From the human T2T-CHM13v2.0 reference genome, Homo sapiens: a DNA stretch of 64,000 nucleotides. The position numbers and the translations under genes were made by a program. The notes beneath the pieces are model-generated. The model saw only the letters and a list, made by a program, of their open reading frames with translations. It was not told the origin of the DNA and made no database searches. The stretch lies in assembly GCF_009914755.1 (NCBI RefSeq), contig NC_060935.1. One strand, given 5' to 3'. Of the stretch, positions 24,724-41,450 are shown one piece after another (position 1 is the first letter of the stretch; the number at the start of each line of letters is the position of its first letter).

Positions 24724-27700
24724 GTAAGGAGACTGGATACAAGGTGACTTTTAAAACACAGGGAGGAAGTGAGGTTAGTAATTCATGCTCCCTTCTCTTC
24801 CTTTCCCTCCTTCCCTTGGTTCCATCTTAACAAGTCAAGTTACAAGCCAGGCTGGGGGGTGGAGTAGGGGACTAAAGAAGGAGCCCAGCTGGCCCTCCTA
24901 ATTAAAAACCCTAAAGCTCTCTCGACAGATCTGCCTGACAGTGTGGGATTGACTCCCTTAGCCCAGCACGGGCTGCACCTGGAGGTCTCTGCTCATGACC
25001 TCTAGATGAAGGACAAGGTTGACTGGAAAAGGAAGAAGTGAGAGGAGGGGCGGGAGCCCCATCATCAGAGCAGGAGACAGACTCCTGGGCAGCTGGCTGG
25101 AGCTGGCGTGGGATCAACACCCTGGGATGGGGCCCCAGAGGGAACGGATGGGCCTGGGTGTTGGGGCCTCCGCTGAAGGGAGGTAACAGATTGATTTCAA
25201 CTGGACTTTGCCTGGATTTCCTCGTCTCGTAACCCGCACTGGTTGGATGGACGGCTGTCTGGGGCCTCTTCGAAACCCAGTTTATCAAACCTTCCCCAAA
25301 ATGTTAGGTCAGCATCTCAGGACCCAGTGACCCCAAATTTCAGAAAAACTTGAGGGTTACCATTCAGCCCAAACATGCTCATTCATGGTAACCCAAGCAG
25401 GCTGGAGGCCTCCGGGCAGGCAGGGCACAGGCTGCCCCCGACCAGAGCAAAAAGTCAGCGCGTGCAGTCGGCTGGGGGAGAGGGAGAGCAGTCTGGGAGA
25501 TGCTCCTCATGGCAGGGAGCCCGGGAGGCAAGAGCCGAGCCAGGAGCTTCCAAGGGAGTCTGGCTTTGGGATTTACGAGTCTCTTGTTTCCATTCAGAAG
25601 GACTCTAGGCCTCAAGTGCTCTGGAGAGGATCGTTCCATGGAGCCAAGACACCAGGCGGAAGGGAAGCTGCTTCCTCACCAGGCACCATCCTGTCCTCTC
25701 TGAGGCCAGATTCGGGGCTCACTAACTCCTTTGTTGCAGGCCAGGGCTTAGAACTTCCCTTTCTATGATTTAGGGCAAAGGATGTGCAGGAGAGGGGAAG
25801 GCCATGTTTCCTTGGTCTTGAACTCAAGGAGGAGCGTCAAGTCCTTGAAAAGTATCAGTGAAGGCAGGAAGTGCCATGATTCTCATGCCGTCTGACTTCA
25901 GATTGGAAGTCACTATGCGTAACCTTAGTATCTTTCCAGGATCACTTTTCTCAGTTGTCCAGAAATCTCCACTGTGACCCAAATCGCGCTGGCAATTCCC
26001 CTCCTCCTGCAAGTCCCATGCTAGAATTTGGATGCCATGTAAGTCTTTGGTTTAGACCCCGTGTAAATCCTGAGGTTGGCATCAGATTGTCAGACAGAAG
26101 GGAACACTGAACTCTGTGTGGTGTCCAGCACAGGCCATGTGCAGACACTGCTGCTGCTGCTGATAATGATGATAATGGTGGTGATGATGATAATAATTTA
26201 TCTTGAATTTGCTGGATAAGACTTTTGGTTATGGATCCTGCTTAGGGACAGTCCCAGGATGACTGGGATCAAAGAGATGAGATGAGAGAGACTCTAATGA
26301 TCCATTCCACTGGGAAATGAGCTGGTTAGTGTAGAAAAGAAAAATCCTAGGAGGCTTGGACTAAAAGTAAAAACACTACTGAGATCATTTACAGGAGCAG
26401 AGAAAGAGCGAGAAAGAGGGAAATGGTGAAAGTGAGGGTGGGGGATTCATATGACCCCAGTCCTATCAGGGAAAGCAACGCTCTTGCTGGAGACTGTCTT
26501 TAAAGGAATAAGAATGCCCTGGAGGCGTTTGAAATCCATCTCACAGTCAACAGGCATTAGCAACTGCAAGATATTTACAGGAAGCTTTTCCTCCATGACA
26601 GAGAAAAATACTTGGAGGAAGAGGCAGGTAGATCCCCAAATTCTGTTTGTACGAGATGCCTCCACACCTTTTACACACCATTCCATCTGCCTAAATGCCC
26701 TGCCGTCCCAGATGTACCTGTTTTTTGCTTCCCACTTCCCTACTAAATTAGGTGGTCCTTCTCTATGCTCATAGGGTTATTGTGAGAATTAACACGTGTA
26801 AAATCCTTAGACCTGGGACATAAATATTCAATAAAGATGTTCTGTTGTCAGTGTTGTTCTACCACAGTGCCCTTTGCACACCTCCACATGAATCCCGTGG
26901 GTTGGCAATCATATATGCTTGTCTATTGCACCCCGTCTGTGAGTTCTTGGCCAGCAGGAACCATTCATTAAATGTTTTTGTATTCTTATAACCTGGGTAT
27001 GCTAAGTGGGATTTGGGACAGTTCAGAACCTGGAATATGCTAAGTGATCCTTAAATGTTGAATAAATGTACAAATGAAAAATGACTGTTTATGCACTTCT
27101 GAGATGTGTTATGAGCAAAACATGTGCCTGCCACCAGAGGTGGTCATATTCCTTTGGACATGTGTTCCCTCACCCCTCACCCACTGGTTCAGGCACTCAG
27201 CCAATAGCCTGTGGTCCACACTCTTAGGAGGGAGTTCATTTTGCTTTTCTCCAAGGCAGCCAACATCAACAGCAATGTAGAGATGGAAAACAGACCAGAA
27301 CCAATGAACGTTGTTCCTTCTCCATCTGAGGTTCCAAACGTTTTAAATCTGCTAATGAGACCCAGCTAGGAGTAATCAGGAAGTGTCTAAAATTAGCTGT
27401 TTTAATTTGAGCAAGAGGGAAAGGGACCAACTCAGAAGGGGGCACAGTCTCTAGTGGAGACAGTGGGATTCTGGGAGCCTCCAGAAAAACCAGAGCAACA
27501 TCTGGTGCTCCCACACCCAAGGGAATGCCCAGGATGGACCCCAGGTCCCTGTGGCTCCACACCTGGTCACAAATTGGAACAATGCATTGGCCACTTGTCC
27601 CAGAATCCATTGTGTGTCAAGCTAGAGAACAGAGGCCATGAGCTGCCACCTGGAAAACATTAGCTACAGTTTGGTTGTGAGAGGCCTTTCTCCTGCCCAA

Positions 27701-27902
27701 CTTACCACTTTCTAACTACATTATTTTGGCTCTCATTTCCCAACACTAAAAGTTGGGCATATAGTAGAATGCTTCACTGCTTTTGTCAAACATTTTCTGA
27801 GCATTCTGGCTCACAGTGGTCCCTATAGTCTCGAATTTCTATGAGAAAACTGTCTTTACCATTCATTTATTAATCCATCAAACATTTATTGAGCATCTAT
27901 TA

Positions 27903-28583
27903 TGTATTAGTCTGTTTTCATGCTGCTAATAAAGACATACCCAAGACTGGACAATTTACAAAAGAAAGAAGTTTTTTGTTTGTTTATTTGTTTGGTTTTG
28001 AGAAGGGGTCTCGCTCTGTCGCCCAGGCTGAAGTGCAGTGGTACGATCTCAGCTCACTCTAACCTCCACCTCCCCGGTTCAAGCAATTCTACTGCCTTAG
28101 CCTCCCAAGCAGCTAGGACTGCAGGCACGTGCTACCAAGCCCAGATAATTTTTTTGTAATTTTAGTAGAGACGGGGTTTCACCATGTTGGCCAGGCTGGT
28201 CTCAAACTCCTGACCTCAGGTGATCCACCCAACTCGGTCTCCCATAGTGCTGAGACTACAGGTGTGAGCCACTGCACCTGGCCCAAGAAAGAGGTTTAAT
28301 GAACTTACAGTTCCACATGACTGGGGAGGCCTCACAATCATAGCAGAAGGTGAGGGGGAGCAAGTCACATCTTATGTGGATGGCGGCAGGTAAAGAGAGA
28401 GCAAGGTTGTACAGGGAAAATCCCCCTTACAAAACCATCAGATCTCGTGAGACTCATTCACTATCATGAGAACAGCATGGGAAAGACCTGCCCCCATGAT
28501 TCAATTACCTCCCACTAGGTCCCTCCCACAACATGTGGGAATTCAAGATGAGATTTGGGTGGGGACACAGCCAAACCGTATCA
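27903..28583 (-). mobile_element. THE1 (THE1B/C-like) MaLR solo LTR
   Basis: tgtattagtctgttttcatgctgct...gagatttgggtggggacacagccaaaccgtatca. 5-bp TSD tatta at 27898-27902 and 28584-28588. Confidence 0.92.
27972..28283 (-). mobile_element. AluSx nested in the THE1 LTR
   Basis: TSD aagaaaga(a/g)gttt on both sides. Confidence 0.92.
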
Positions 28584-29453
28584 TATTATAAGCTAGATAC
28601 TGAGGTAGGGCTCAGGGATTCATGCAAAGAGGAAAAGGACACAGTGCTACTTTAAGGAGCTCAGTCTTCTGAGGAGACAAACATGAAAACAAACAATTGC
28701 AATGTCATATGATAATTGCTCTCTGGGAGGTGAGGTATGGACCAGGAACAATGGGAACAGGCAGAAAAAAATCAAGGAAGACTTTATTTGACACTTAGTA
28801 TATATTGCCTTGTGTTACTGGCTTTCTTTCTTATTTCCTTATGTCTATATATGCAGTCAAAGAATGTGTCTTCCAATTTCTTATATCCCAACCTGCAGAG
28901 ACCCTTTCACATGGCAGGAGTCCAATAATGTTTTTCATTCGCAGTTTTGTAAGAATTTGGGGATCTCTCATTACAGCAAATCATGACTGTCTCCATTCCT
29001 CTGACTCTACAAAAATGAGTCAGAACTACAGAAGAAAAGAATTAGGGTCAGGGCTCCTGGATCAACCAAGGGTTACCCAGTGAGCCCGTACGATCTCCTT
29101 CTTTAAAATGCTTAAAACACAGGAAAGTTTCCTACATGTCCAGGACAACTTAGGCCTAGTACTCCCTAAGGACAAGAGGATGGATTACACTAACTTCCAA
29201 AGGCCTGTTGGCTCTAAGGATTCTCTTATGTTCAGAGGCCCCCAACAAAAGACAAAAGACCAGGTCTTGGGGGGAGGGAAATTTACAAGTTAAAGGGTGG
29301 TGCCAGGGAAAGGATGGAATCCTCTACTTGGCTTCCACAGCTCTTCTCGGCTGGTCCCAGCCCTCTGGCCAGGCTCATTCCCATCATTCTCCCTACACGC
29401 CTATCACTGCCACTTTGAACTTCCCACCTGGCACCCGCACATGCTCAGGACAA

Positions 29454-29755
29454 TTTTTTTTCTTCTTTCGTTTTTAAAGAGATGGGGTCTTGCTCTGTTG
29501 GCCGTGCTGGAGTGCTGTGGCATGATCATGGCTCACTGCAACCTCAAGCTCCTGGGCTCAAACAAAACTCCTTAAGTATTAAATAGCTAGGACTACAAGC
29601 ACATGCCACCATACCTGGCAATTTTTAAAATTTTTTGGAGAGACCAGTTCTTGCTATGTTGCCCAGGCTGGTCTCAAACTCCTGGCCTCTAGCAGTCCTT
29701 CTGCCTCAGCCTCCCAAACTGTTGGGAATACAGATGTGAGCCACCCAGCCTGGCC
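29454..29755 (-). mobile_element. AluJ
   Basis: Diverged reverse-orientation Alu. Confidence 0.88.
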
Positions 29756-29808
29756 ACCCTTCTTTCTTCAGTCGAGAACTTCTGCATGTCGTTTAAGAAC
29801 CTGCTCAG

Positions 29809-30461
<653 letters not shown>

Positions 30462-30997
30462 TAACCTAATCAAATGCCCTTTCCTCTGTAGTGCATGCCC
30501 TGACATTCTCCAGCAGAATTAGATATTCAGAAACTCCAGCATTTTATTTATATCTGGATTGTGACACTTCCAATGTTTTGTTGTAAACATACTACTTAGG
30601 ACAAAAGTGATCTGGACTTCAAAGCCTGGAAAATCTTCAGGGCACACTTGAGCTCACATATTCAGATAGAAACTGGGGCGCTTAATGGGAGCGTTAGCAT
30701 AGCAGTTTCCTAAAAGCCAGAGGCCCCTGGAGCCCATCTCTGGGGTTCTCCACGAATGTCCATCACTCACTCACTATTCCCCCTTTCCTCTCTCAATACC
30801 TCCCCTTTCCCTTTCCATCATGCAATCAGTTGTACCAAATCCTATAAATTGAAGTCTAAGATACTCCTCAACTCAACTCTGTCCACTTGTTCCTGCTTCA
30901 ACTGCTGCCACCTTAGTCCCAGAGGTTCTCAACCCTGAATCCATATCCGAATCCCCTGGAGAGCTTTGAAAACTGTCCAGCAGTTTCCCTCTGCTCC

Positions 30998-31298
30998 TTT
31001 TGAGATGGAGTGTCGCTCTGTCACCCCGGCTGGAGTGCAGTGGTGCGATCTCTGCTCACTGCAAGCTCTGCTCACTGCAAGCTCTGCCTCCTGGGTTCAC
31101 ACCATTCTCCTGCCTCAGCCTCCCAAGTAACTGGGACTACAGGCGCCCGCCACCATGCCCGGCTAATTTTTTGTATTTTTAGTAGAGACGGGGTTTCACT
31201 GTGTTAGCCAGGATGGTCTCCATCTCCTGACCTCGTGATCCGCCCGCCTCGGCCTCCCAAAGTGCTGGGATTACAGGCATGAGCCACCGCACCCGGCC
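30998..31298 (-). mobile_element. AluY with a near-absent tail and a 16-bp internal tandem duplication
   Basis: Y diagnostics. TSD tccctctgctc at 30986-30996 and 31301-31311. Confidence 0.93.
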
Positions 31299-33107
31299 CC
31301 TCCCTCTGCTCTTGTTAGAGACCACATCCTGACTGGGCACCAAGGCCCTCACGCTCGGGCCCTCTCCAGCCTCCCCTGTGGCCTGTCTCCTGTCCTCCAC
31401 CACACTGACTTTTCTGTTCCTTACATGGGTCACGCCCTTTCCTTCCTGGGGCCTTTTCAGGTGTCCCTTCCTCCGCCTGAGGGTTCTTCCTCCTTTTCCC
31501 TGCCTAGGGAACACCTCCACCTCCTCCTGGAGGCAGTAGAGGTTAAGAACGCAAGCTCCAGAGCAAGACAGCCTAGGTTCAAACCCCAGCTGCAGGACGA
31601 CACCTGCTGTAGAGGGATCCCGGGCATTTGGACCTCTCCAAGCCAGAGTCTCTTCTTCCTGGTGTTGCTGCTTCAGAAGACCACTGTGGTCCGCAGAGTC
31701 CCCTCCAGGGGAATGGCACGATCACATATTCAGATGGGTGGCTCCCCTACTTTCTGCTACTACTCACAGCAGAGGATCGTGAGTTCTTTACCTGGTGCTT
31801 GTTACTGTACCCAACGCGTGCTAAGTGCTCGATGTACATTTTGTGCAATGACAACAAGTACCCTTGTCTGTGTTCCTAAAGCAGACCCCTGCCTGGAGGT
31901 CCCTCCAGTCTTCCAGTACTTGGGGTCCTGGATCCATCTCCAGCTTTCCCCAAAATGGGCAATTTACAGCTAGAGAATTGTGACTTCCTTTCTCTCTCCC
32001 CCCACAAAAAAGCAGAAAGCGAGTGGGACATCAAAAGCCTCTTTAAAACCAACATTTTGATGACTTAAGAGTAAATGAATGAGAAACATACGGCTTAAAT
32101 TTTCTTTATGATCCACAGGGGCTCTTTCTGGACTCACTTTCCAAAGCTGCCAGGCTAATGATGAGAGTGGAAGTTGCTCAATTCTCACATCATCAACAGA
32201 TGGCTCTCCATATTTGGAAAATTTTCACGTGGTAGAGGAAGGAAACCGCCAGCTCCTCAGATCTGTCATGTGCCCATGGCTCTCCTGCCCCCTTCCATAT
32301 CTCATCCGGGTTACGCAGGACATTCTACTCCCAGTGGCCCCGAAGTTGTGGGCAGTCGGGATTGCCTTCCTGGGGCCAGGAGCCACGTAGCAGACAGAGC
32401 ACAGGACTGAGCAAAGATCCACAGGCCAAGAGGCTGGTCCAGGATTTGCCACTGGCAAAGCCACACAACCTTCCTGGCTGGACTTCAGTTTTCTCATTGG
32501 CGAGATGGGAAAATGACCCTTGCTCTATCTCAGAGAGTTGTAACCAAAAATGAGACAACATTCAATCCCACGTCCAGCACACGGCAACGGGTCAACATTA
32601 GTTGACTCTGAACACAACACACATGTAAGGTCCCTGCTAGGGGTCTTAACGTTCTGTGAGCATGTCAGTCAGCAGCTGGCTCCTTTTGCTCCCTTCTAGT
32701 TGGGAGAATTCAGACCGTGTGGCTTGAGGGGAAAGGGAGGGATCAACCCATGTGGAGAAGCAGAGTTTAGGTGATCACTCCCAGGACACCCTCATTCCCA
32801 ATGCAGTGACAGGCCTCGTGTCCCCAAGATCCATTCTCACCTTCAAAGTCATTGGTGAATGGCTGTGGTTTCAGTGTCATTTTTAAAACCTTTCAAACAC
32901 TGACTTGCGGTGACAGACAGAAAATACCTCAGAGTCACAGCCAGACCACGCAGCCTGGCCTGAGGCACGAAACAAAGCACCTGTTATCCCAAAGCAACAG
33001 GAAGGCGCGGGGCATTGCCACGGGCAGGCGGTGCCGAGGGGGTGCCAACCTCAACACTGCAGGTCCTCCCTGTCCATTAACATTTGTTCATGGTGAAAAC
33101 TAGTTCA

Positions 33108-33505
<398 letters not shown>

Positions 33506-33554
33506 GAAGAAGAAGACAACGAGTAGCAGGATGTTTTCTCTATTTTTAAAGCAT

Positions 33555-34102
33555 TGTTACTTGCTTTTTACTTTTTAAATATTTTTGTTAAAAGCTAAGA
33601 CCTTGGCCTACACAGGGTGAGAACCATCAGTATCACCGTCTTCCACCCCCACATCTTGTCCCACTGGAAGCTCTTCAGGGGCAATAATGACCATGGAGCT
33701 GTCGTCTCCCAGTGATAACAATGGCTGCTTCTGGGGACCTCCTGAAGGCCCTGCCTGAGGCTGTTTCACAGTTGATTTTTTAAAAAATAAGTAGAAGAGC
33801 ATTCTAAAATGGTAAAAAAGTATAGTATGGTAAATACATACACCAGTAATAGTCATTTATCATCATGATCAATATTGTGTACTGTGCATAGTTGTATGTT
33901 CTGAACTTCCACAGGACCGGCAGCGCAGCAGGTTTGTGTACACCAGCATCACCACAAACACGTGAGCAATGTGTTGTAATACAACGTTATGGTGGCTGCG
34001 ATGTCACTATGTGAGGGAATTTTTCATCTCCTTATAATCTTATTCGGCCCCCGGTTGTACATGTTGTCCATCATGGACCAAAGTGTCGTGCAGGGCATGA
34101 TT
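33555..34102 (-). mobile_element. Tigger3 (Golem/MER7-type) DNA transposon fragment
   Basis: caggtttgtgtacaccagcatcaccacaaacacgtgagcaatg...ttataatctta...gcatgatt matches the reverse complement of the remembered Tigger3 left end. Confidence 0.8.
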
Positions 34103-34329
34103 ATTCTCAAAGCAGACAGGAGCCAGGGTGATGCAAGCACTGAAAATCATGTTCATGGAGAAAGTCTGAAAGATCTGGCATTTTTAGCCCAGAGAAGAAA
34201 AGGCCCTCAAAATGCCATCTTTCATTTATATATTCAAATATTCATGGGATGCCTATTAAGTGTTAGGTAGCATGCTATCTGTTACCATAGCAATCAGAAA
34301 GTCTCTTCCAGGTGTTCATCCCAGGTTCC

Positions 34330-34565
34330 TTCCTCAGGAGGCAGACCCGTCTGCCAGCTACTCGGACTGTCAGCTGCCGGTGGCTTCCAGGGCACAGCCT
34401 AATGCAGGGAAAGAAAGGCCTGGCCTCCTTGCTACAGTCTGGGTCAACTCCAAAGAGTCACCCCAGCTCCAGGGCCCCTTGTGGGACCAGATGAGGCCTC
34501 AGTTCCAACCACAGTGGGACTGGCTTCTCCCTCTGACCAATACCCCCTTCCCATTTTCTTCCAGG
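34330..34565 (+). mobile_element. LTR16-like ERVL LTR fragment
   Basis: gggtcaactccaaagagtcaccccagctccagggcccc...gaggcctcagtt...cttctccctctgaccaat. Confidence 0.6.
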
Positions 34566-35993
34566 ATGCCTCCCATCAGAGTCTGGCCAGTGGGGTCAGG
34601 GACATGCCAGCAAGCGATGGCAACCCGGCTGACAGGGCTAGGGATGGATGGGCAGTACATAGTGCTATGTCACCCCGCCCCCCGCCACCTGCCCAGGAGA
34701 TGCACCTAATCCAGCCTTGGGGGTCAGGAGACTTCCTAGAAGATACAAGGTGAAATGAGCTCCACCCCGGGGGAGGAGGGTGGGCAGAAATGATTTTCAC
34801 CTCCAGCTTGTTCTAAATGAAAGAAGAAAGACCACCCTCTACCCCCTGCCCCATTTACTGTGAGCCCAAGGCTGTGCTGACAGGGCCTCCAAGGAGTGGC
34901 CCTGCTCCATCTCCACTCTTCTGGCCTCTTGGATCACTGCCCAGAGCCTGCATGGACAGGACCCCTAGTTCTCAGCTGCTGGACGCTGCCAGCCCGTCAG
35001 AGGGACCCACGACAGGAAGAAGGGGCTGTACATTTTCAGATTCGGTTTTCCTGCTCCCAACCCCCACTCCATCCAAAGTGAAGCTGAGCTCAGAGATTAA
35101 AAACTCATTCCCGTGCAGGAAATGAAGACATTGCCAGGACCTCCCAGCCGAGAAAATATGAACAAGATGCCTCGTGCCGCTGATGAACTCCCCGCTCTTA
35201 GGGCCTCGAGGGAAGGCAGGAAGATGGGCCGCTAGCCCGGGCACTCCCATGCTTGTTCTCAGCTGCGCTTCACCCCCGGAGTGTGGGAAGTCCCTGGCTG
35301 CCGTGGTCAGAAATTGCCATAACATGCCCTGGCTCCCGTGGTCAGAAATTGCCCATTCAATAGGCAGAGAGGCATGGGAGCGATATGGAAAGGGCTCTGG
35401 GTTCCAGCCCAGCTGCGCAGTCAACCATGAGACCTGGGGTGTCTGTTCACCTTTCTGGGCCTTGGTTTTGTTGCCTATGCAATGAGATTGTTGGGCTTCT
35501 GGACTCCCCACGTGTCTTCCATCTAATTCTAATTTCTGAGGAAGGAAATGGAAAAGTTTACCAATATGATGAGAATCTTATAGCCCAACAACTGAGATCT
35601 CGAATCCAACAGGACCGCTTCTTCCGAAGACAGTAAAAGGCCCACAGACATCAGTGAGAAGTCTCTTCAAAACCATTCTGGAGTTTCCCTCAGGCTCCAG
35701 GGCGAGGTGAAAACTGATGGAAAGTTCAGACTGAGAAGGCAGTACAGCATCTCCTCCAGCCCTACTGCCAGAGAACCTGTCCTAAAGTGTGGATAACAGA
35801 TGCCCTTGATGGCGCCTGGCACTCCTTCATCAGCCCCAATCTTAGGCCAAGGTGGACAGAGGATAACTCCGCAAAGCATAATTCTGCAGAAGATAACTGA
35901 CAGCCACGACAGCTACTAGCATCTGGGAGCATGCACTATTACCTGGGAAGGACATCCTTTTTGACAGAGGGACACAGGATTAACATGAGAGAC

Positions 35994-36845
<852 letters not shown>

Positions 36846-37565
36846 GAGGAGGCAGAAAGAGGCCACCCACTGAGCCTTGAGCAGAATCAGCCCTGGAAAG
36901 CAACGCAGGGACAAGTGTCCCAGCCAGACCAGCTTTCATCCAAAAGGTTATGTGTCCTGCAGGTTAGAACCAGAGGAGCGGCATCTCAGGATGAGATGAT
37001 GCCACACTGCACACGCTGACAGCCTGGGAGAATAGTGTCAGAAGAGGGAACCGGTGGCAGGGTGTGTAGTGGTGATTGTGTGCTGGCCGTGTGTGTTCTC
37101 AAAAGAAAGGAAAGGACCTGGTCACCATTTGAGGGTTATGATATAAATTGGGGAAGGGATGATCAGCCCACCCTTCACTCCCCTGCCAAGTCACTATATG
37201 CCTTTTTCAGGAAAGACCCACCCTGCCATCCCCTAGCCAGGAATCAGCCCCACCTATATCCACTGTAGTGTTGAGATATGGAATTGTCCAGTGGGGTAGA
37301 GGTAGGGAACTCCAGGCATAATCGGAATTCAATGTGTCCTTCAGAGATGTCCTTGTTCTTTGCCTCCTCTGAGCTCCCCCTCCTCAGGCAGCTTCAATGA
37401 CAAAGCTGTAAAGCACTCTCCCTCTCCTCCTCTTTTTAAAACACAATTTTTATTTTTAAATATACTATATCTGTTAAGGAGAGGGGGCAAAGTTTTCTGT
37501 CTTTGTAATACCCATTCAGGAGTTTAATGGGTTAGGAGATTGGTTTTAACTGTGAGAAATCATCT

Positions 37566-37779
37566 ACCTCTTGTGCTCAAGTGATCCTCCCGCCTCAGCC
37601 TCCCGAGTAGCTGAGACTACAGGCACATGCCACCACACCCCGGTAATTTTTTAATTTTTTGTAGAGATGGGGTCTCCCTTTGTTGCCCAGGCAGGTCTTG
37701 AACTTCCGGGCTCAAGCGATCCTCCTGCTTCGGCCTCCCTAAGTGCTGGGATGACAGGTGCGAGCCACCGTGTCTGGCC
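37566..37779 (-). mobile_element. AluJ, 3' part missing
   Basis: Begins mid right arm (gctcaagtgatcctcccgcctcagcc). Confidence 0.85.
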
Positions 37780-37936
37780 TACTAAGCATTTCTGAAGGCT
37801 ATAGTTTAACATTTGGTTTCAAAAAGAAAGGAAGCTTTCATTTAAAAAATAATTTACTGAATTACATTCTTTCATAACTTCCACCCTAATTAGTCACAAA
37901 GATAATTCTAAAGATTCTTTGTTTTGTGTACTAACA

Positions 37937-38222
37937 TTTTTCTTTTTTGAGTCAGGGTGGCACTCTGTTGCCCAGGTTAAAGGATGGTAGTGCAGTCATG
38001 GCTCACTGCAGCCTCAACCTCCTGGACTCAAGCAATCCTCCCACCTCAGCCTCCCAAGTAGCCGGGACTACTGGCACATGCCACCATGCCTGACTAATTT
38101 TTTGCAGAAATGGGGTCTCCCTATGTTGTCCAGGCTAATCTCAAACTCCTGAGCTCAAGTGATCCTCCTCCCTTGGCCTCTCAAAGTGCTGGGATTACAG
38201 GTGTGAGCTACCATGTCCAGCC
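37937..38222 (-). mobile_element. AluJ
   Basis: TSD ttttgt(g/c)tactaa on both sides. Confidence 0.88.
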
Positions 38223-38550
38223 ATTTTTGTCTACTAATTTACATTTATATTTAAAGATTAATTTTACTTGTATCTTAAAACAAGAATGTTATGTTGGAAA
38301 AAGAGAACTAAATACATTTGTATAAAGGCTGTAAATGTCCCATGGCAAATGTTCTGTCTCAATATTTTCTACCACATTTAGAAACAGGATTCTGCAGAGA
38401 GAGACTTGAGTCGTTAAGATTCACCTTTCCTAAGGAGTTGTAGGCAGCAGATCTGAAGAACACAGAGCAACAACTCGATTTCTCTTTTTACAACTGCAGA
38501 GCATCACAGCTGCGATAATAGTACAAATACATGAAAAAATGACTTCACCA

Positions 38551-38852
<302 letters not shown>

Positions 38853-39010
38853 TCATATAAGATTTAGAAAAATCAGAGTGACCTCAGGCCAAGGCACCAC
38901 CCAGTGTGGTGAGAATGACATTCGATAATGGAGAGAGAGTGTGTGTATGTATGTGTACATACGTGTGTATGTTATGTACAGATATCTCTCTGTATAAATA
39001 GCCATGTTCA

Positions 39011-39178
<168 letters not shown>

Positions 39179-39910
39179 TTACGGCTTGTGGATGAAGCTA
39201 ATCATGTATTCACACATCATCTCTCTCCTCTTTTAAGTGGCTCCTACAGCCTGTTGCAAATGAAATTCACAGGTTCAGGAGCCCAATACCTTGGGAAGTT
39301 TGAAAGCCTGTGTCCCTCTGTCCTCTAGGCAACCCCTAATGTGCAGGTTGTGCCTGCACAAAGGCATCAGTTGAGGGGTGAATGCAGCTCAGGGCTACAC
39401 TGGAGGGAGGGGGCCCTTTGGGAATTCACCTGAAGACACCATATTGGCTAGCTGCCGCCAGTCCCAGCTAGCCAATATGACCCAGAGGCTACCACGGAGG
39501 CCAAGTTCAGCTAAGGCTTCGTAGTCACATACATCTTTGTGATCTTGGTTAAACAACATTTCCTTATCTATGACATTGAAAGCACAAGCAACAAAAGGAA
39601 AAACAGATAAACTGAACATCATCAAAATGTAAAACCTCTGTGCTTCCAAGAACACCATCAAGAAAGTGACAACACAACTTGTCCACAGACTGGGATGACA
39701 TTTTTGCAAATCATATATCTGATAAAGGACTTGTATATAAAGAACACTTAAACAATTCGATAATTAAAAGACAAATGATCCAATTTAAAGATGAGCAAAG
39801 GATTTGAATAGACATTTCTCCAAGGAGGATATACAAGTGACCAATAAGCACATGAAAAGATGGTCAACATCACTGGCAATCATGAAAAGTCAAATCAAAA
39901 CCACAGTGAG

Positions 39911-40237
<327 letters not shown>

Positions 40238-40596
40238 CTAGGATGTCTAGAATGAAAAAATAATAACACTAACAAGTGTTGGTGAGGACATGGAGAAACT
40301 GGAACCTCAGACATTGCTGGCAGAAATATAAAATGGTACAGCCTGTATGGAAAACAATCTGGCAGTTTCTCAAAGACCAGACACGAAGTTTCCATATGAC
40401 CCAGCAATTCCACTCCCAGACATACACCTAAGAGAAATGAAAACATATACACACAAAACTTGTACATCAATGTTCAAAGCAGCATTATTCATAAAAGCAA
40501 AAAGTAGAAACAATTCAAGCATTCAGCAACTAAAGAATGAACAAACAAAATTTGGCATATTCATTATACGGAATATTATTCAGTATTAGAAATGAA

Positions 40597-40935
<339 letters not shown>

Positions 40936-41319
40936 TTAATCCATGCTACAACATTAACCTTCAAGACGTTATGCTAAGTGAAAGAAGGCAGACACAAAGG
41001 ACCACTTACTGTACGGTTCCATTTAGATGAAATGTCCAGAATCGGCCAGTCTTTAGAGATAAAAAGTAGATTAATGGTCTCCTAGGGCTGGAGAGAATTG
41101 GGGGGCAGGGGATTAGAGGCGTTGGCTAAGGGGTGCAGGGTTTCTTCTGGGGGTGGTGAAAATATTCTAAAATTTACTGTGGTGATGGTTGCACAATTCT
41201 GTGAATATATTAAAAACCATGGAATTGCATACTTTAAATGTGTAAATTATATGGTATTGTGAATTCCCAATAAAGTTATTTTAAAAAGAGAGAAAGGGAG
41301 AACCTCATTTTCTAAGCTA

Positions 41320-41450
41320 CAGATTCTTAACTCAGGGCCCATGAACCCACTGAATTACAAACTAGAATTGTGAGAGCACTTGTGCATTTTCTAAGAAGGC
41401 CTGCGGCTTTCCTGAGATTCTCCAAAGGCTCCAAGCCACAAAAAAGAATC
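41320..41450. mobile_element. MER117-like hAT-Charlie fragment
   Basis: gtgcattttct...gctttcctgagattctccaaagg...aaaaaag. Confidence 0.5.

Larger units (their letters stand above)
27860..28790 (-). mobile_element. L2 3' end, interrupted by a THE1 LTR
   Basis: cattcattt...caaacatttattgagcatcta, continuing after the LTR as ...aaggagctcagtc...gaggagacaaacatg. Confidence 0.65.
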
